DNA of 64,000 nucleotides from an uncultured delta proteobacterium (GCA_963845145.1 CAWJQU010000015.1:41858-105857), one strand, 5' to 3'. Counted from the stretch's first letter, positions 10,490 to 20,810 are shown. Notes: generated by a model not told the origin, from the letters alone. Translations and numbers: made by a program.

Positions 10490-11662
10490 CTATGGACAAT
10501 TTACAGTAAAACTCCACGACGTAAATGATCCTCCGGAACAGTTGGGAAATACATTGACTCTAATCACCTCAGCACTACCGGAATACGTAATAGGGACTCT
10601 CCTGTCACCCCGGGTGCCGACGCAACCGGAATCGAAAAGCACCCTACCCTCATAAGCCACTTGCATTCTATCGCGTACAGCAACGGTATCGTATTGAAAT
10701 ATGAATGTACCTGAGCTTTGTCCAAGATAAATCGTATGCGATTCAGGCGCATTGCTACCTTCTTGTGTTTCTTGATTACATGGCACTGAACCGGCAGGGC
10801 CCTCATCATCGTCATCATCACTACTCGCCGCCGCGATACCCGCCGCAGCGCCTCCCCCTATGACCACCGCTGTCCCCAAACCGATCCCAACCACGGCTGC
10901 TGTCGATAAACCGGTAGAGGCGGCAATCGTTCCGGCGGAAGAAGCACCCGTGGCCGAGGTCCCGCCAATAGTAGCGACCTGTTCGGCCGTGTAAATACCT
11001 TCAGCCAACACGCCGTAGCTAGATGCTGCCGGCACCTGGGATACGGTAATCCCATCATAAAAACCTTTTAAGGAAGCAAGCGATTCATCCACTTCGGTTA
11101 AAACCGTCATGACATCCTGGGACTCAATTTGATACTTGGCCTTTTTTTTACGATACTTTTCACGAAGCACTTTTCGTAAGGCTTCATATTCTTCTACTGC
11201 TTCCTGGGCTCTATCTATCCGTACCTCTTCAACCTCGCTGGCGTCTTGCCACTCCGCCGCTTCATCTGTTTCAGCCTCTACAATTTTGAAAATTTGCGTT
11301 CTTGTTACCTGTTTCGCCTTATTGACCGAGACGAATGTATACTCGATGAATTCCGAATTTACCCAGGGTGCCGGTAATATAGCCTGGTATTCGTTGCTGT
11401 CGATTTGATTGAGGTTGACAAAAGTATAGACTTTATCATTTTTAGCTTTAAAGTAGCACCGCTTCGCTAAAAGGCCTGTTTTATCTTTTATCTTGGCGTC
11501 CAATTGGATCCGAAAACCAGGGATGTACTCATCCTTAGGGGGTTTGTGTTTTATTTTGGTTTTTACGCCTTCTGCTGCCGCCCAAATCGTTTGCGCCGGA
11601 ATCGCTAAAAAGATGATGAGCGTCACTGCCAGAAATTTTACAAACAAACGCTTTTTCCCCAT
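10490..11662 (-). CDS. Exported hypothetical protein: Gly/Ala hydrophobic segment, poly-Asp, Cys-containing C-terminal beta domain
   Basis: Sec signal ending AQTIWA; GLSTAAVVGIGLGTAVVIGGGAAAGIAAA then SSDDDDD; RBS GGAGG. Confidence 0.8.
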   Translation of the reverse strand: MGKKRLFVKFLAVTLIIFLAIPAQTIWAAAEGVKTKIKHKPPKDEYIPGFRIQLDAKIKDKTGLLAKRCYFKAKNDKVYTFVNLNQIDSNEYQAILPAPWVNSEFIEYTFVSVNKAKQVTRTQIFKIVEAETDEAAEWQDASEVEEVRIDRAQEAVEEYEALRKVLREKYRKKKAKYQIESQDVMTVLTEVDESLASLKGFYDGITVSQVPAASSYGVLAEGIYTAEQVATIGGTSATGASSAGTIAASTGLSTAAVVGIGLGTAVVIGGGAAAGIAAASSDDDDDEGPAGSVPCNQETQEGSNAPESHTIYLGQSSGTFIFQYDTVAVRDRMQVAYEGRVLFDSGCVGTRGDRRVPITYSGSAEVIRVNVFPNCSGGSFTSWSFTVNCP

Positions 11663-11695
11663 CTAACCCTCCTTTTTTAATTTACCTTTAGTCAA

Positions 11696-12460
11696 TTACT
11701 CATTCACTCTAAAAAACGGTTTCGGAATCGTCTCGCACAACTTAATGACCGAGCGGTAGATACAATCCCGGATGGCCAATTCCACCGGTGTATTCTTAAC
11801 GGCTTCCAGGCTGACCGGTATATCATAGCCACTAATCGTCGCCCCTACCGAGGCACCGCCCGAGTGTGCCGTCCCATCGATAAAATGGGTGGCCACCACC
11901 TCGCCGCTGGCCGAATCAACCACGCGCAGGTTGATGGTTATTTTGGCCATGTGGTGCTTCCCTCCGACTTTCATCGGCACCCATGGCAATTTTACGCGCA
12001 GTCCACCGCCCCCGGCCTCGGCCGCGACAATTGCCCCGTAAATCAATAGCTCCGCCGGCCGCATTTCTCCCTGGGCCAAAATGGCATCCGGGTTCGACAT
12101 AAATGAATCCGAAAGAAGTTGTTCGGCGGTCAACCCTTTCATGTCCATGCGATCCACGACAATAAAGTAGTTGGATTCAAACAGGGCCGTCATCAGCATC
12201 TCGCGAAGGCCATCACCTAAATCCTTGGGTGCGCCTTTTAATCGTACGCCGAAATCTCCCACCGCAAGGATGCATTTCGCCCCCTGATATGCTTGACCCA
12301 TCGGAATTTCCGAGGCTTCTATAAAACACGTGGATATGAATAAACAAAGTATCGTTGTCCAAGTGCTTTTAAACCATCTTTCAAATGTCCATGCCATAAA
12401 AAATACCCTGCGCTCACCTGTCAGTTTGAAAAACGTCCCGCATGTCGTCAACATGGACAT
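11696..12460 (-). CDS. CsgG/HfaB-family protein (copy 2, no clear lipobox)
   Basis: LAVGDF...GDGLREMLMTALFESNYFIVVDR...AELLIYGAI...INLRVVDSASGEVV...TPVELAIRDCI; clear paralogue of 20001..20777. Confidence 0.82.
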   Translation of the reverse strand: MSMLTTCGTFFKLTGERRVFFMAWTFERWFKSTWTTILCLFISTCFIEASEIPMGQAYQGAKCILAVGDFGVRLKGAPKDLGDGLREMLMTALFESNYFIVVDRMDMKGLTAEQLLSDSFMSNPDAILAQGEMRPAELLIYGAIVAAEAGGGGLRVKLPWVPMKVGGKHHMAKITINLRVVDSASGEVVATHFIDGTAHSGGASVGATISGYDIPVSLEAVKNTPVELAIRDCIYRSVIKLCETIPKPFFRVNE

Positions 12461-13338
12461 TACGGTGAATAAGTAATATTCATATTCGTCTTCTGATTTT
12501 TTTTAAGTTCATATTTTTGCGTGCTTTTTCCTTTAACCACACTGGTAAACGTGACCGTTGCCGTATTGGGGGGTATTTTCCCTTCATTCAAGGCCCTGAA
12601 CCCAAATACAATAATATCCGCATTCATGGTGATCGATCGGGATTGGGGCGCTTTGGTCAAGGTGATCCCCGAGAACACCGCTTTTCCGTTAATCAGAATG
12701 TCGATCATATCCCCGTCTTGCCGGCCGTGATCAAAAAAGGTGACCGTTATGGTTTTGGAATTAACGGTGATGTCGTCCATCCCCTTTTCCTCCACCACCG
12801 TGACCATGGCCGTCGCACTTACATCCTGATAGGTGGCTTTGACCGTGTATTGCCCGATCGTTCCTTTGCTGAAAGGATTCCCCGGACTCCAAACAGCTTC
12901 AGCGGTGACATCCTTGGTCGTACCGTCGTCCATTTGTAAAGTAGCCTTAAACGTGACCGCTTCATTGAGCTTGACGGCCTTGTTGGCCGGGCTGATAATC
13001 AGGCCCTTTGGTTTTGTATCCGATGTATCGGCACAATGACCGTCCTTGCACACTTGCCCTTTAGGACAATCCGAATCGCTTTGACAATCATCATCCTTAT
13101 TCACACACTTACCGTCTTCACACGTCTGACCAGCCGGACACGGCTTGCGGTCATTGCATTCGGTGCCGACAAACGTTTGTGTATCGTCGATACTTTCATC
13201 CAGATCATCGGAAGTAAAACCGTCCCGAGAGGTATTGGCCCCCTGATCCGTGATGGTCTGCTGGGCATTGTCCTGCTGGCGTTCGCCTTCCCTTTGGGTT
13301 AGCAGGTCCGTGCTATCATCGTGGGCATCATCGAAGGG
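12460..13338. repeat. ~880-bp near-identical direct repeat, copy 1 (3' end of protein B gene)
   Basis: Aligns without gaps to 15887..16765 (offset 3427), with scattered substitutions. Confidence 0.95.
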
Positions 13339-15870
13339 TGATTTGCACTGCCCGGATACGCAAACATATCCTCGTTCACAATCGCTGTCGTCCGCGCATC
13401 CGCCATCCGTTCGTTTTTGATCGCAAAGATCGCCGATACCGTTATTGTTGCTGTCATGCTGATCGGGATTGGGTTTGTCCGGGCAATTATCCTGATCATC
13501 CGGTACGCCGTCCCCGTCGCGATCTTTTTTCTGTTCGCAGGCATCGCCAAGCCCGTTGTTATCATTGTCCGCCTGGTCCGCATTCGCTGTGTCAGAACAA
13601 TTATCGTTACAATCCGGTATGCCATCTCCATCTTTGTCTGTATCGGACGTTCCGCAGCCACACTCGCCCGGCTCGACCTTATCGGCATCATCGGGGCAAT
13701 TATCATTACAATCCGGCGTCCCGTCGCCATCCTTGTCTGTTTCCGGGGTGCCGCAGCCGCAGTCCCCCGGTTCGGTTTTATCCGCGTCATCGGGGCAATT
13801 ATCCTTACAATCCGGGGTACTATCGCCGTCCTTGTCCGTTTCGGGAGTTCCGCAACCACATTCGCCCGGTTCAGACTTATTCGGGTCATCCTTGCATTTG
13901 TCTTTGCTATCGTTTACGCCATCACCATCCGAATCCTTTTGAGAATCGGCACATCCAACCGCGTCCACTTTTAACCCGGATGGCGTTCCCGGACATTTAT
14001 CCCTACTGTCTTTTACACCGTCTTTATCGCTGTCTTTTTGGGTCTTGCCGCATCCGGTAGCATCGACCGGCACCCCTTTCGGTGTTCCCGGGCACTTGTC
14101 ATTGTCATCGACAACCCCATCGCCATCTTTGTCACTGCTATTTCCTGTTTTTCGACACCCATAGGCATCGTCAAAATAGGTGCTCAGTTGTGCCATTCGG
14201 GCGCCGCCTTCACCCCAGGTCATGTTGGCGCCCACCAGCTCATACTGGGGTTTGTTGTAACGGGGCGAATCGCATTTGGCTTTTACGAAGTGAAAGCAGG
14301 GCGGTGGGTCACCGAACATTTTATAGCGCCAAACACAAAAATCACCACCGGATCCGGAAGCCACATTGGCCGGCGGCCGTATACCGGGTCCGCCACTAGG
14401 AAGTTCTCCCTTGGCCAGTACGGATACGTTGATGACGATAGTGACCGACCCGGTACCCTTTTGACTGACAGTCATTGTGACCGGCGTGATACCTTTGGGG
14501 GCTGTGCTTTTGGCCCGAAAGCTTTCTGAAAAGATATACCGATCATAAAAATCCGTAACACCCGGGGTGAACATCAAGCTGGGCGGCGCCGATGTATCGC
14601 CCGGAAAAATCTCGATGCCGCTTCTTTTGGCATACTCAACCTTTACCTTGACGCGATTGCCATTGTCTTTCCAACCCTTGACAATCAGACCACACCCGCG
14701 ACCCACAAAATCCCCGGGAGCCAATTCAAACGAATTACCGCAATCGAATTGCACACTAAAAGGGCTCTCCTGAGCCGTTGGCGGAGGCGGAGGTGGTTTG
14801 ACTTCAGGCCCTTTTTCAGGGGCTGTATTTCCCGGCTTGGTTGGTTTTGGGGGTGATTTTGTTGGCGGCGTAATTGTCGGTGGTGGTTGTGGCGGTTTCG
14901 GTCCAGGTGATCTCTTTTTGATTTTCACGGTCGCATGACCGCTCCATAGACGGCCTCCTTGATCGGCGGGTGCCTGATACGTAGCGCGAACGGTCACGGT
15001 GGTTCCCGCGGTGTGGTCTTTACCTCTAACGATGCCGCCGGGAGCACCTGTCCATGTCGAACGAACATTATATTGATCCGTGGAGCCATCTTCAAACCGG
15101 ACTTTGGCTTTACAAATGGCCGACTCATCGGTAAAAATTTCAGACGGATCGCACTCTACCCAATACTTAACGATCTTTCTTCGCTGCTTTTTAAGCTTCA
15201 GTTGTTTAAGCTCAGCAGCGACTCTCTTTTCATCACCCAGAATGGAAAGTTGATTTTGTCGCTTTTGTTTCATCTCGGCGTTGTTCTTGATCATATCGCT
15301 GAGTATCTGTTTGACAGCGGGAACCGTTATAAAACCAGTCGTTGTAAAATGGCCAGGCAACCCGTATAAACCCGGACCGAGATGTAAATTGCCGTCCACA
15401 TCCAACCTGAAAAAGGGGGCCAGATCGGCGTTATAACCACTTATAATAGCCTCTCGAAGTTTTTTTGGGGTGAGTTTGACAAGTTCTATTTTGTCTTCAA
15501 CTTTTGATAATCTTTTTCTTGCATCCTGAAGTTTATTATCCAATTGCGTTTCAAAAGCGATGTCGGCCTGAATGATATCCTCAGGCGGGCGGGTATCACC
15601 GGGATGCTCTTGAGACAGGTCGGCACGTACACCATCGGCCTGGGCTTTGACCTTTGTAATCTCTAACTCTTTGGCTTTAATTTCGGTATCGATATCTGCC
15701 GCATGAAGTGCGGTAACATTGTAGTACGATACCCAACCTACTAGGAGGATCAGTAAAAATCGCAAAGCCAATTCTGCGATCTGCGGTAAGGTTAAAAGCC
15801 TGCGACATTGTGGTTTAGTAAAAAGATCATTACGACCAACTCTTGCGTGGTTCTTTTTTTGGTTTATCAT
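12460..15870 (-). CDS. Large exported Cys-rich protein B: Pro-rich linker, thrombospondin type-3 repeats, EGF-like Cys modules, Ig-like domain, shared C-terminal domain
   Basis: Signal/TM ending ALHA; many DxDxDGxxDxxDxCP repeats; CxxDxDCxxGxxC modules. Confidence 0.85.
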   Translation of the reverse strand: MINQKKNHARVGRNDLFTKPQCRRLLTLPQIAELALRFLLILLVGWVSYYNVTALHAADIDTEIKAKELEITKVKAQADGVRADLSQEHPGDTRPPEDIIQADIAFETQLDNKLQDARKRLSKVEDKIELVKLTPKKLREAIISGYNADLAPFFRLDVDGNLHLGPGLYGLPGHFTTTGFITVPAVKQILSDMIKNNAEMKQKRQNQLSILGDEKRVAAELKQLKLKKQRRKIVKYWVECDPSEIFTDESAICKAKVRFEDGSTDQYNVRSTWTGAPGGIVRGKDHTAGTTVTVRATYQAPADQGGRLWSGHATVKIKKRSPGPKPPQPPPTITPPTKSPPKPTKPGNTAPEKGPEVKPPPPPPTAQESPFSVQFDCGNSFELAPGDFVGRGCGLIVKGWKDNGNRVKVKVEYAKRSGIEIFPGDTSAPPSLMFTPGVTDFYDRYIFSESFRAKSTAPKGITPVTMTVSQKGTGSVTIVINVSVLAKGELPSGGPGIRPPANVASGSGGDFCVWRYKMFGDPPPCFHFVKAKCDSPRYNKPQYELVGANMTWGEGGARMAQLSTYFDDAYGCRKTGNSSDKDGDGVVDDNDKCPGTPKGVPVDATGCGKTQKDSDKDGVKDSRDKCPGTPSGLKVDAVGCADSQKDSDGDGVNDSKDKCKDDPNKSEPGECGCGTPETDKDGDSTPDCKDNCPDDADKTEPGDCGCGTPETDKDGDGTPDCNDNCPDDADKVEPGECGCGTSDTDKDGDGIPDCNDNCSDTANADQADNDNNGLGDACEQKKDRDGDGVPDDQDNCPDKPNPDQHDSNNNGIGDLCDQKRTDGGCADDSDCERGYVCVSGQCKSPFDDAHDDSTDLLTQREGERQQDNAQQTITDQGANTSRDGFTSDDLDESIDDTQTFVGTECNDRKPCPAGQTCEDGKCVNKDDDCQSDSDCPKGQVCKDGHCADTSDTKPKGLIISPANKAVKLNEAVTFKATLQMDDGTTKDVTAEAVWSPGNPFSKGTIGQYTVKATYQDVSATAMVTVVEEKGMDDITVNSKTITVTFFDHGRQDGDMIDILINGKAVFSGITLTKAPQSRSITMNADIIVFGFRALNEGKIPPNTATVTFTSVVKGKSTQKYELKKNQKTNMNITYSP
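13420..14135 (-). repeat. Thrombospondin type-3-like Ca-binding repeat array within protein B
   Basis: DKDGDGVVDDNDKCP, DSDKDGVKDSRDKCP, three EPG(E/D)CGCGTxxTDKDGDxxPDCxDNC units, DRDGDGVPDDQDNCP. Confidence 0.88.
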
Positions 15871-15886
15871 TTTGTCCCCTTTATCA

Positions 15887-16765
15887 TCACGGAGAGTAAG
15901 ATATATTCATATTGGTCTTCTGATTTTTTTTAAGTTCATATTTTTGCGTGCTTTTTCCTTTAACCACACTGGTAAACGTGACCGTTGCCGTATTGGGGGG
16001 TATTTTCCCTTCATTCAATGCCCTGAACCCAAATACAATGATATCCGCATTCATGGTGATCGATCGGGATTGGGGCGCTTTGGTCAAGGTGATCCCCGAG
16101 AACACCACTTTTCCGTTAATCAGAATGTCGATCATATCCCCGTCTTGCCGGCCGTGATCAAAAAAGGTGACCGTTATGGTTTTGGAATTAACGGTGATGT
16201 CGTCCATCCCCTTTTCCTCCACCACCGTGACCATGGCCGTCGCACTTACATCCTGATAGGTGGCCTGGACCGTGTATTGCCCGATCGTTCCTTTACTGAA
16301 AGGATTGTTCGGACTCCAAACAGCTTCAGCGGTGACATCCTTGGTCGTACCGTCGTCCATTTGTAAAGTAGCCTTAAACGTGACCGCTTCATTGAGCTTG
16401 ACGGCCTTGTTGGCCGGGCTGATAATCAGGCCCTTTGGTTTTGTATCCGATTTATCGGCACAATGACCGTCCTTGCACACTTGCCCTTTAGGACAATCCG
16501 AATCGCTTTGACAATCATCATCCTTATTCACACACTTACCGTCTTCACACGTCTGACCAGCCGGACACGGCTTGCGGTCATTGCATTCGGTGCCGACAAA
16601 CGTTTGTGTATCGTCGATACTTTCATCCAGATCATCGGAAGTAAAACCGTCCCGACCGGTATTGGCCCCCTGATCCGTAGTGGTCTGCTGGGCATTGTCC
16701 TGGTTACGTTCACCTTCCCTTTGGGTCAGCAAGTCGGTTGTATCATCATGGTCATCATCGAAGGG
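15887..16765. repeat. ~880-bp near-identical direct repeat, copy 2 (3' end of protein A gene)
   Basis: Aligns without gaps to 12460..13338. Confidence 0.95.
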
Positions 16766-19700
16766 ATCCGTGCAACGTCCGGTTTTCGGGTTGCAGACGT
16801 ACCCTTTGGGACAATCCGGATCCGTCTCGCATCCTGTTTTTTTACAGATACCATTGATGCGGTTGTACCCGGTTGCACAAACACATTTACCGCTTTTGTC
16901 TCGTTTTTCATTGGCTTCGCAGGGTGTTTCCAACGCCTTGCATTTCCGGACCGCTTGCTGCGCGCAGCGGCCGGCGTTCTCCGCATCGGCTTTGGCCGCG
17001 GGGCCAAAAATTTCACCCATATCGCTGTTGGTTCTCAATTCATTTAAATCTCCGCCTAAGTCGGCATTCCGACACTTGCTTAGGTTTTCCACTGCGGCGG
17101 TCAGTGCTGTAATTTTGACTTTTGCGTCATTAACGGCCGCCTTGACCTTGTCACCGGCGATTTTGGCCTGGGTCGCCGCTTCTCCGGCCAACTGATTACG
17201 CCGGGCGGCAATCTCATTCACGTTTGCCGCCTCGCCACTGATTTGATTTGCCTCGGCGGTTAGAGCCGGGTCGACTCCGGTTAGAAGTCCACGGATTTGG
17301 CCCACAAGTCCGAATACTTTTTGAGCGGCTGTATTGGCATCGGTGGCGGCCGTTTGGGCCTGTTCGACTTCTTGGCCTAGGCCATTCAAATCAATATCTG
17401 CCAATTTGGCGTTGGCCGCGGTAATCTGATCTTTGAGCGCCTGAATGGCCCCCGGAATCTTGCGCAGTAATTCGTCAAAAGAATTCAATGCGCTTTTTGA
17501 TTTCAAAGAATCGTAAAGCGATTTCATTTTCCCTGCGGCTTCGGCGGCCATTTGCGCGGCTTCGAGAGCGCTGGATGCCTGAGCTTGAGCCTCGGCGGCT
17601 TTTTCCTCGCACTGCTTTTTATCTATGGCGCCACCCGCCGCTTTGGCGCCCTCACATGCACTTTTACGGGCGTTGGCGGCACCTTCGTAGCCTTTTTTCA
17701 GTTTGGCCATGTGGCCCGCCGAAGCCGCTGTCGCGGCCTGGATTTCACTTTCCAGCTGTTTACCTTGCGCCTGGGCTTGGGCGCAGGCGGTCAGCAGTTC
17801 ATCGGAATTTACGGCAGAAGTAGATACGCTGTCTAAAGCCCCGGAAGCCGCCGCCAACATACCGGCCAGCCTGTTTTTAGCGTTATCGGCAACCACAAAT
17901 TTGTCGATGACGACGCCACCACGCTCGCGCGCTTTGTCCAATAACCGCCGGGCTTCATCCAGGGCAGCGGAATCAAGGGTATCGTCCTCTTCACCGGTGC
18001 AGGTTTTGGCTTTTCGTTTTAGTTTTTCAAAGGCATTACGATAGCGTCTGTCTTTTTCATCCATCTTTTGCAAACGCTCTTTGTATTCGGACAGATCCAG
18101 ATCCTGTAATTTGCGACAATCCCCCAGAGCCTTATTAAGATTTTGCTTGTGGATCTCCAAACGATCCTTTACCCCGTCAAATCCCAATAGACTATCGGCC
18201 AACTTTTTTAAACCCGCCTCCACTTTAGCTTTCTGAGCGTCAAAATCCTTTTTAGCTGCGTCGGCATCTCCCAAAATGGTGTAGCGAATGCTATTTTTTT
18301 TGCCTTTGAAACGGTTGAAGATGGGATTGTTGATGGTTTTGCGAATATCGGCATGCAACTGTTTTACTTTTTCAGCGGGCGTATCCACGTTTTGCTGGGC
18401 GGCTTTTAGCAAATCGTTCCACCTGTCAATTTGATTCAAGCTGGAATCAACCGACGTCTGCTTATCCAGCAGGGATTTAACCTCAGTTTTCAACTTTTCC
18501 AACTGCTTCAGGTTTGACAGGGCCTTGGTTTTATGGGTGGGAATTTGCCTGCTTTTGGAATCTGCGTAACCAAGCCTCTTTTTGAAGGCGATCATTCCTT
18601 TCTTTACGAGGGTTTTATCATCTTGATTATCACAAATTTTTTGGACAATCTCTTTTGCTTTTAACCCCAGATCGCGAATCTGTTTAAGCAGGGTATCGAT
18701 TGCTTCCAGTTGGGCTTCAATCGTTGTCTCCCAACCGTCGATCTGGTTGCATTTTTCAAGGCCGGATCCTTTGATCCCTTTTTCAAAATCAGTCAACTCC
18801 TCATCAATGGCGCGTTTTTTCTCCTCCATCTTCTCCGAATCGAAAACATGCTTATTTTTTTTCCAGAAGCCTTCTAGCTTCTCTGTCTCCGCTTTGATGG
18901 CGTCGATTTTATCTCGCGCGCTTTTTAAGCTCGTGATCAGCTCTTTTAACTCTTTGTGATTTTTTGCGGCCTCTAAAAATATCTGAAGCAGCTCCTGTTT
19001 CAGTTTTTTGTCATACTCTTCCTGTTGTTTTCGAAGTTTCTCACCCAAATCGGCAACTATTTTATTGGCCTCGGCCTCTCTTTGATGTTTTAGAGTGGCC
19101 GGGGTAATATTCCGGCTGCGGGCATATTGAATTTCTAAATATTCGAGTGCCTTGTTCTGATCACCGTGAAATGGATACCGCGCAAAGGCCGTTTGCAAGC
19201 TATTATCCATGATCGTATTCATGGCCTGCTCAGGTGTCATTCCTTGTTGACGCAGGCGATTAAACTGATTGCGGCGATCTTCGGTCAGATAGTCTTTGCT
19301 CCACTTTTGAAACCATTCGATCCCGGCCATCTCAAGTTCAACGGCTTTAAGAAATAGATTACCTGCTCCTGCTCCCACCGTCGGTTTCAATACCCAATCA
19401 ATGCTGCCTGAAATGATGTCCTTGGAGAGCTGCTTTAAATTTTCCTGACCTTTCGTTTTCACCATGGATGTCAGCTGACTGCTGGCCTGATCAAACTTTC
19501 CGTTTAGTGCGGAAATCGCGATCTGTTTTGCCTGGGCCGAATCCCACGGCACATATTTTCCAATAATGGCCGCCGGACTATTGGGTTGAATCAATTCGCT
19601 GAGCTTCTCATCGATTTTTTCTTTAAATTTGTCATGGAGGTAATTAGCCGCCGATGACCCGGCGATATTAAACGCTTGATCAAAGTCACCCCCAGCGGCA

Positions 19701-19939
19701 CTGCCGAGAAAATCCCCGATTTTTTCCGGGTTGACCCCACTTAATTTATCGGCCAGTCCTCCATGGCCCCTTTCTTTTAACTTTTGGATGAGATCTGTCT
19801 TCACCTGATCCAGTGTATCTTTCATCAACTCGTCGTCTGATTTAAACAGGTCATCCGAAGCCGTTGTACTGACAGGAATCATTAATAAAAAGATCAAAAG
19901 CAACATGCCGATACTTGCACTAATGGCAAAAGACTTCAT
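15887..19939 (-). CDS. Large exported protein A: helical/coiled-coil body, Ala-rich segment, Cys modules, shared C-terminal domain
   Basis: ORF track 15887..20041; likely start MKSFAISASIG at 19939 (RBS AGGA) gives a Sec signal ending STTAS. Confidence 0.85.
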   Translation of the reverse strand: MKSFAISASIGMLLLIFLLMIPVSTTASDDLFKSDDELMKDTLDQVKTDLIQKLKERGHGGLADKLSGVNPEKIGDFLGSAAGGDFDQAFNIAGSSAANYLHDKFKEKIDEKLSELIQPNSPAAIIGKYVPWDSAQAKQIAISALNGKFDQASSQLTSMVKTKGQENLKQLSKDIISGSIDWVLKPTVGAGAGNLFLKAVELEMAGIEWFQKWSKDYLTEDRRNQFNRLRQQGMTPEQAMNTIMDNSLQTAFARYPFHGDQNKALEYLEIQYARSRNITPATLKHQREAEANKIVADLGEKLRKQQEEYDKKLKQELLQIFLEAAKNHKELKELITSLKSARDKIDAIKAETEKLEGFWKKNKHVFDSEKMEEKKRAIDEELTDFEKGIKGSGLEKCNQIDGWETTIEAQLEAIDTLLKQIRDLGLKAKEIVQKICDNQDDKTLVKKGMIAFKKRLGYADSKSRQIPTHKTKALSNLKQLEKLKTEVKSLLDKQTSVDSSLNQIDRWNDLLKAAQQNVDTPAEKVKQLHADIRKTINNPIFNRFKGKKNSIRYTILGDADAAKKDFDAQKAKVEAGLKKLADSLLGFDGVKDRLEIHKQNLNKALGDCRKLQDLDLSEYKERLQKMDEKDRRYRNAFEKLKRKAKTCTGEEDDTLDSAALDEARRLLDKARERGGVVIDKFVVADNAKNRLAGMLAAASGALDSVSTSAVNSDELLTACAQAQAQGKQLESEIQAATAASAGHMAKLKKGYEGAANARKSACEGAKAAGGAIDKKQCEEKAAEAQAQASSALEAAQMAAEAAGKMKSLYDSLKSKSALNSFDELLRKIPGAIQALKDQITAANAKLADIDLNGLGQEVEQAQTAATDANTAAQKVFGLVGQIRGLLTGVDPALTAEANQISGEAANVNEIAARRNQLAGEAATQAKIAGDKVKAAVNDAKVKITALTAAVENLSKCRNADLGGDLNELRTNSDMGEIFGPAAKADAENAGRCAQQAVRKCKALETPCEANEKRDKSGKCVCATGYNRINGICKKTGCETDPDCPKGYVCNPKTGRCTDPFDDDHDDTTDLLTQREGERNQDNAQQTTTDQGANTGRDGFTSDDLDESIDDTQTFVGTECNDRKPCPAGQTCEDGKCVNKDDDCQSDSDCPKGQVCKDGHCADKSDTKPKGLIISPANKAVKLNEAVTFKATLQMDDGTTKDVTAEAVWSPNNPFSKGTIGQYTVQATYQDVSATAMVTVVEEKGMDDITVNSKTITVTFFDHGRQDGDMIDILINGKVVFSGITLTKAPQSRSITMNADIIVFGFRALNEGKIPPNTATVTFTSVVKGKSTQKYELKKNQKTNMNISYSP

Positions 19940-20000
19940 GTCATTAATCCTGTTCTCAAATCCTGACTTGATGATTTCCCCAAACATAACGGTTCCGATG

Positions 20001-20777
20001 TTAGTGCCTGAAATATTGCAGCGGCACAGACTGAGTGGCATAGATCACAGAGCGATAGATGCAATCTCGAATGGCCAATTCCATGGGCGTATTTTTGAAA
20101 GCACCTAGAGTGGCCGGCGTTCGCAACCGGTGCTTTTTTCCATGTGACGAGACCCGGCCTTCAAAATCAACGCCAAAAGTCGCCATGTAAGATGCTGCCG
20201 ATCCTGCGATTCGCCGGGCCGCTACCAATCGGCCTGAAGCCACATCCACCACGCGAATATCAATGGCCATATGGGCCTTTTTACCCTTCAGCGCGCCGCT
20301 CCCCGCTTTGATTTGAGAACTGTCCCAGGTGGTCGGCACTTCCGCCTTCAAGCCGGCACCTGCGGCCTCGGCCTCAAATTCCGTAACGGTCCCATACATC
20401 ATCAATTCGGCCACTTCCATTTGCGCGCCCAGCTTGGGCGATCCCGCCGCTGCCATTTTGGAATAACTGAGTTTTTGTTCGGCGGTCAGTCCTTTGGGGT
20501 CCATTCGATCCAACACATTAAACCGCAATGATTCAAACAAGGCGGTGGCCAGCATTTCCCGCAACCCGTCACCAATATACTGGGTGCCACCGCGGGCCTT
20601 AACCCGGAAATCCCCCACGGCAATATTGGCCCGCGGGCCTTGATAGTTCATATCCAATTGACGGGGAGGTTCTTTTTCGGGAGTAAAAGTCGTGACATAA
20701 TGGCTGGTGCATCCGGCCGTCATTAATAAATAAAAGGCACTAAACGTCACTACCAACATTGTGTTTTTTTTCATCAT
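20001..20777 (-). CDS. CsgG/HfaB-family lipoprotein (copy 1)
   Basis: Lipobox-like MTAG-C; IAVGDF...GDGLREMLATALFESLRFNVLDR...YGTVTEFE...IDIRVVDVASGRLV. Confidence 0.87.
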   Translation of the reverse strand: MMKKNTMLVVTFSAFYLLMTAGCTSHYVTTFTPEKEPPRQLDMNYQGPRANIAVGDFRVKARGGTQYIGDGLREMLATALFESLRFNVLDRMDPKGLTAEQKLSYSKMAAAGSPKLGAQMEVAELMMYGTVTEFEAEAAGAGLKAEVPTTWDSSQIKAGSGALKGKKAHMAIDIRVVDVASGRLVAARRIAGSAASYMATFGVDFEGRVSSHGKKHRLRTPATLGAFKNTPMELAIRDCIYRSVIYATQSVPLQYFRH

Positions 20778-20810
20778 GCAACCCCTCTCATCTGTTTAAA
20801 GCATATACTT

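Noticed and set aside
13420..14135. Periodic repeats as a CRISPR array
   Set aside because: They are in-frame protein repeats with synonymous variation, no unique spacers, and no cas genes nearby
12460..16765. The ~880-bp repeat as a diversity-generating retroelement TR/VR pair or an IS
   Set aside because: Both copies are coding, differences are not adenine-specific, and no reverse transcriptase, transposase or terminal inverted repeats are present
4203..20041. Classical type I secretion of RTX adhesins
   Set aside because: The transporter is MacB-type rather than HlyB-type; the large proteins have Sec signals and many Cys and lack GGxGxD RTX nonamers
11696..20777. Canonical curli operon
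   Set aside because: No curlin repeat proteins or CsgE/CsgF recognisable; only CsgG-family similarity
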